Positions 63,932-64,000 of a DNA stretch of 64,000 nt are shown piece by piece; position 1 is the stretch's first letter, and each line of letters begins with the position of its first letter. Source of the DNA: Promethearchaeota archaeon (GTDB taxonomy: Archaea; Asgardarchaeota; Lokiarchaeia; Sigyniarchaeales; SOKP01); assembly GCA_019057795.1 (NCBI GenBank), contig JAHLWS010000021.1, positions 32,001-96,000 on the forward strand, in the 5' to 3' direction. The position numbers and the translations under genes were made by a program. Below the pieces are notes generated by a model that searched no databases, was not told the origin of the DNA, and was given only the letters and a program-made list of their open reading frames with translations.

Positions 63932-64000
63932 GAGGCTAGGAGAAAATTAGGTTATGGTTCAAAACAACTTATTTTTGATGATAAACCGATAAGTGCTGCT

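Overview
AT-rich archaeal chromosomal segment that looks like Asgard archaea, Lokiarchaeia/Promethearchaeota. The evidence is Rab-like small GTPases, longin and TPR-longin proteins, a Loki-type LRR protein, an LSm gene, archaeal LeuRS and a BHB-intron tRNA. Most genes are anaerobic peptide, amino-acid and fatty-acid metabolism (AOR, LpdA, acyl-CoA synthetases, thiolases, methylmalonyl-CoA mutase, POR gamma/delta), plus two toxin-antitoxin pairs and PAS histidine kinases. Top finding, absent from the ORF track: a probably leaderless 28-codon uORF with 9 Leu in its last 12 codons, followed by alternative hairpins and a U-tract, directly upstream of leuS (37385-37624). A second locus with the same architecture lies on the minus strand at 11135-11556: an Ile-rich uORF, U-tracts, a ~175-nt structured RNA and a short aaRS-like remnant ORF. 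Together they suggest amino-acid-sensing, ribosome-coupled attenuation of aminoacyl-tRNA synthetase genes in an Asgard archaeon. Other highlights: a candidate proto-adaptor/coat locus (mu-homology-domain protein, FG-GAP beta-propeller, longin), a tRNA-Arg(CCU) with two introns (37/38 and T-loop 58/59), an in-frame UGA in thiC, a Rab/TPR/longin island separating a thiolase from its DUF35 partner, and three homopolymer frameshifts that are probably sequencing errors. All protein calls come from motif recognition by eye; no database searches were run.
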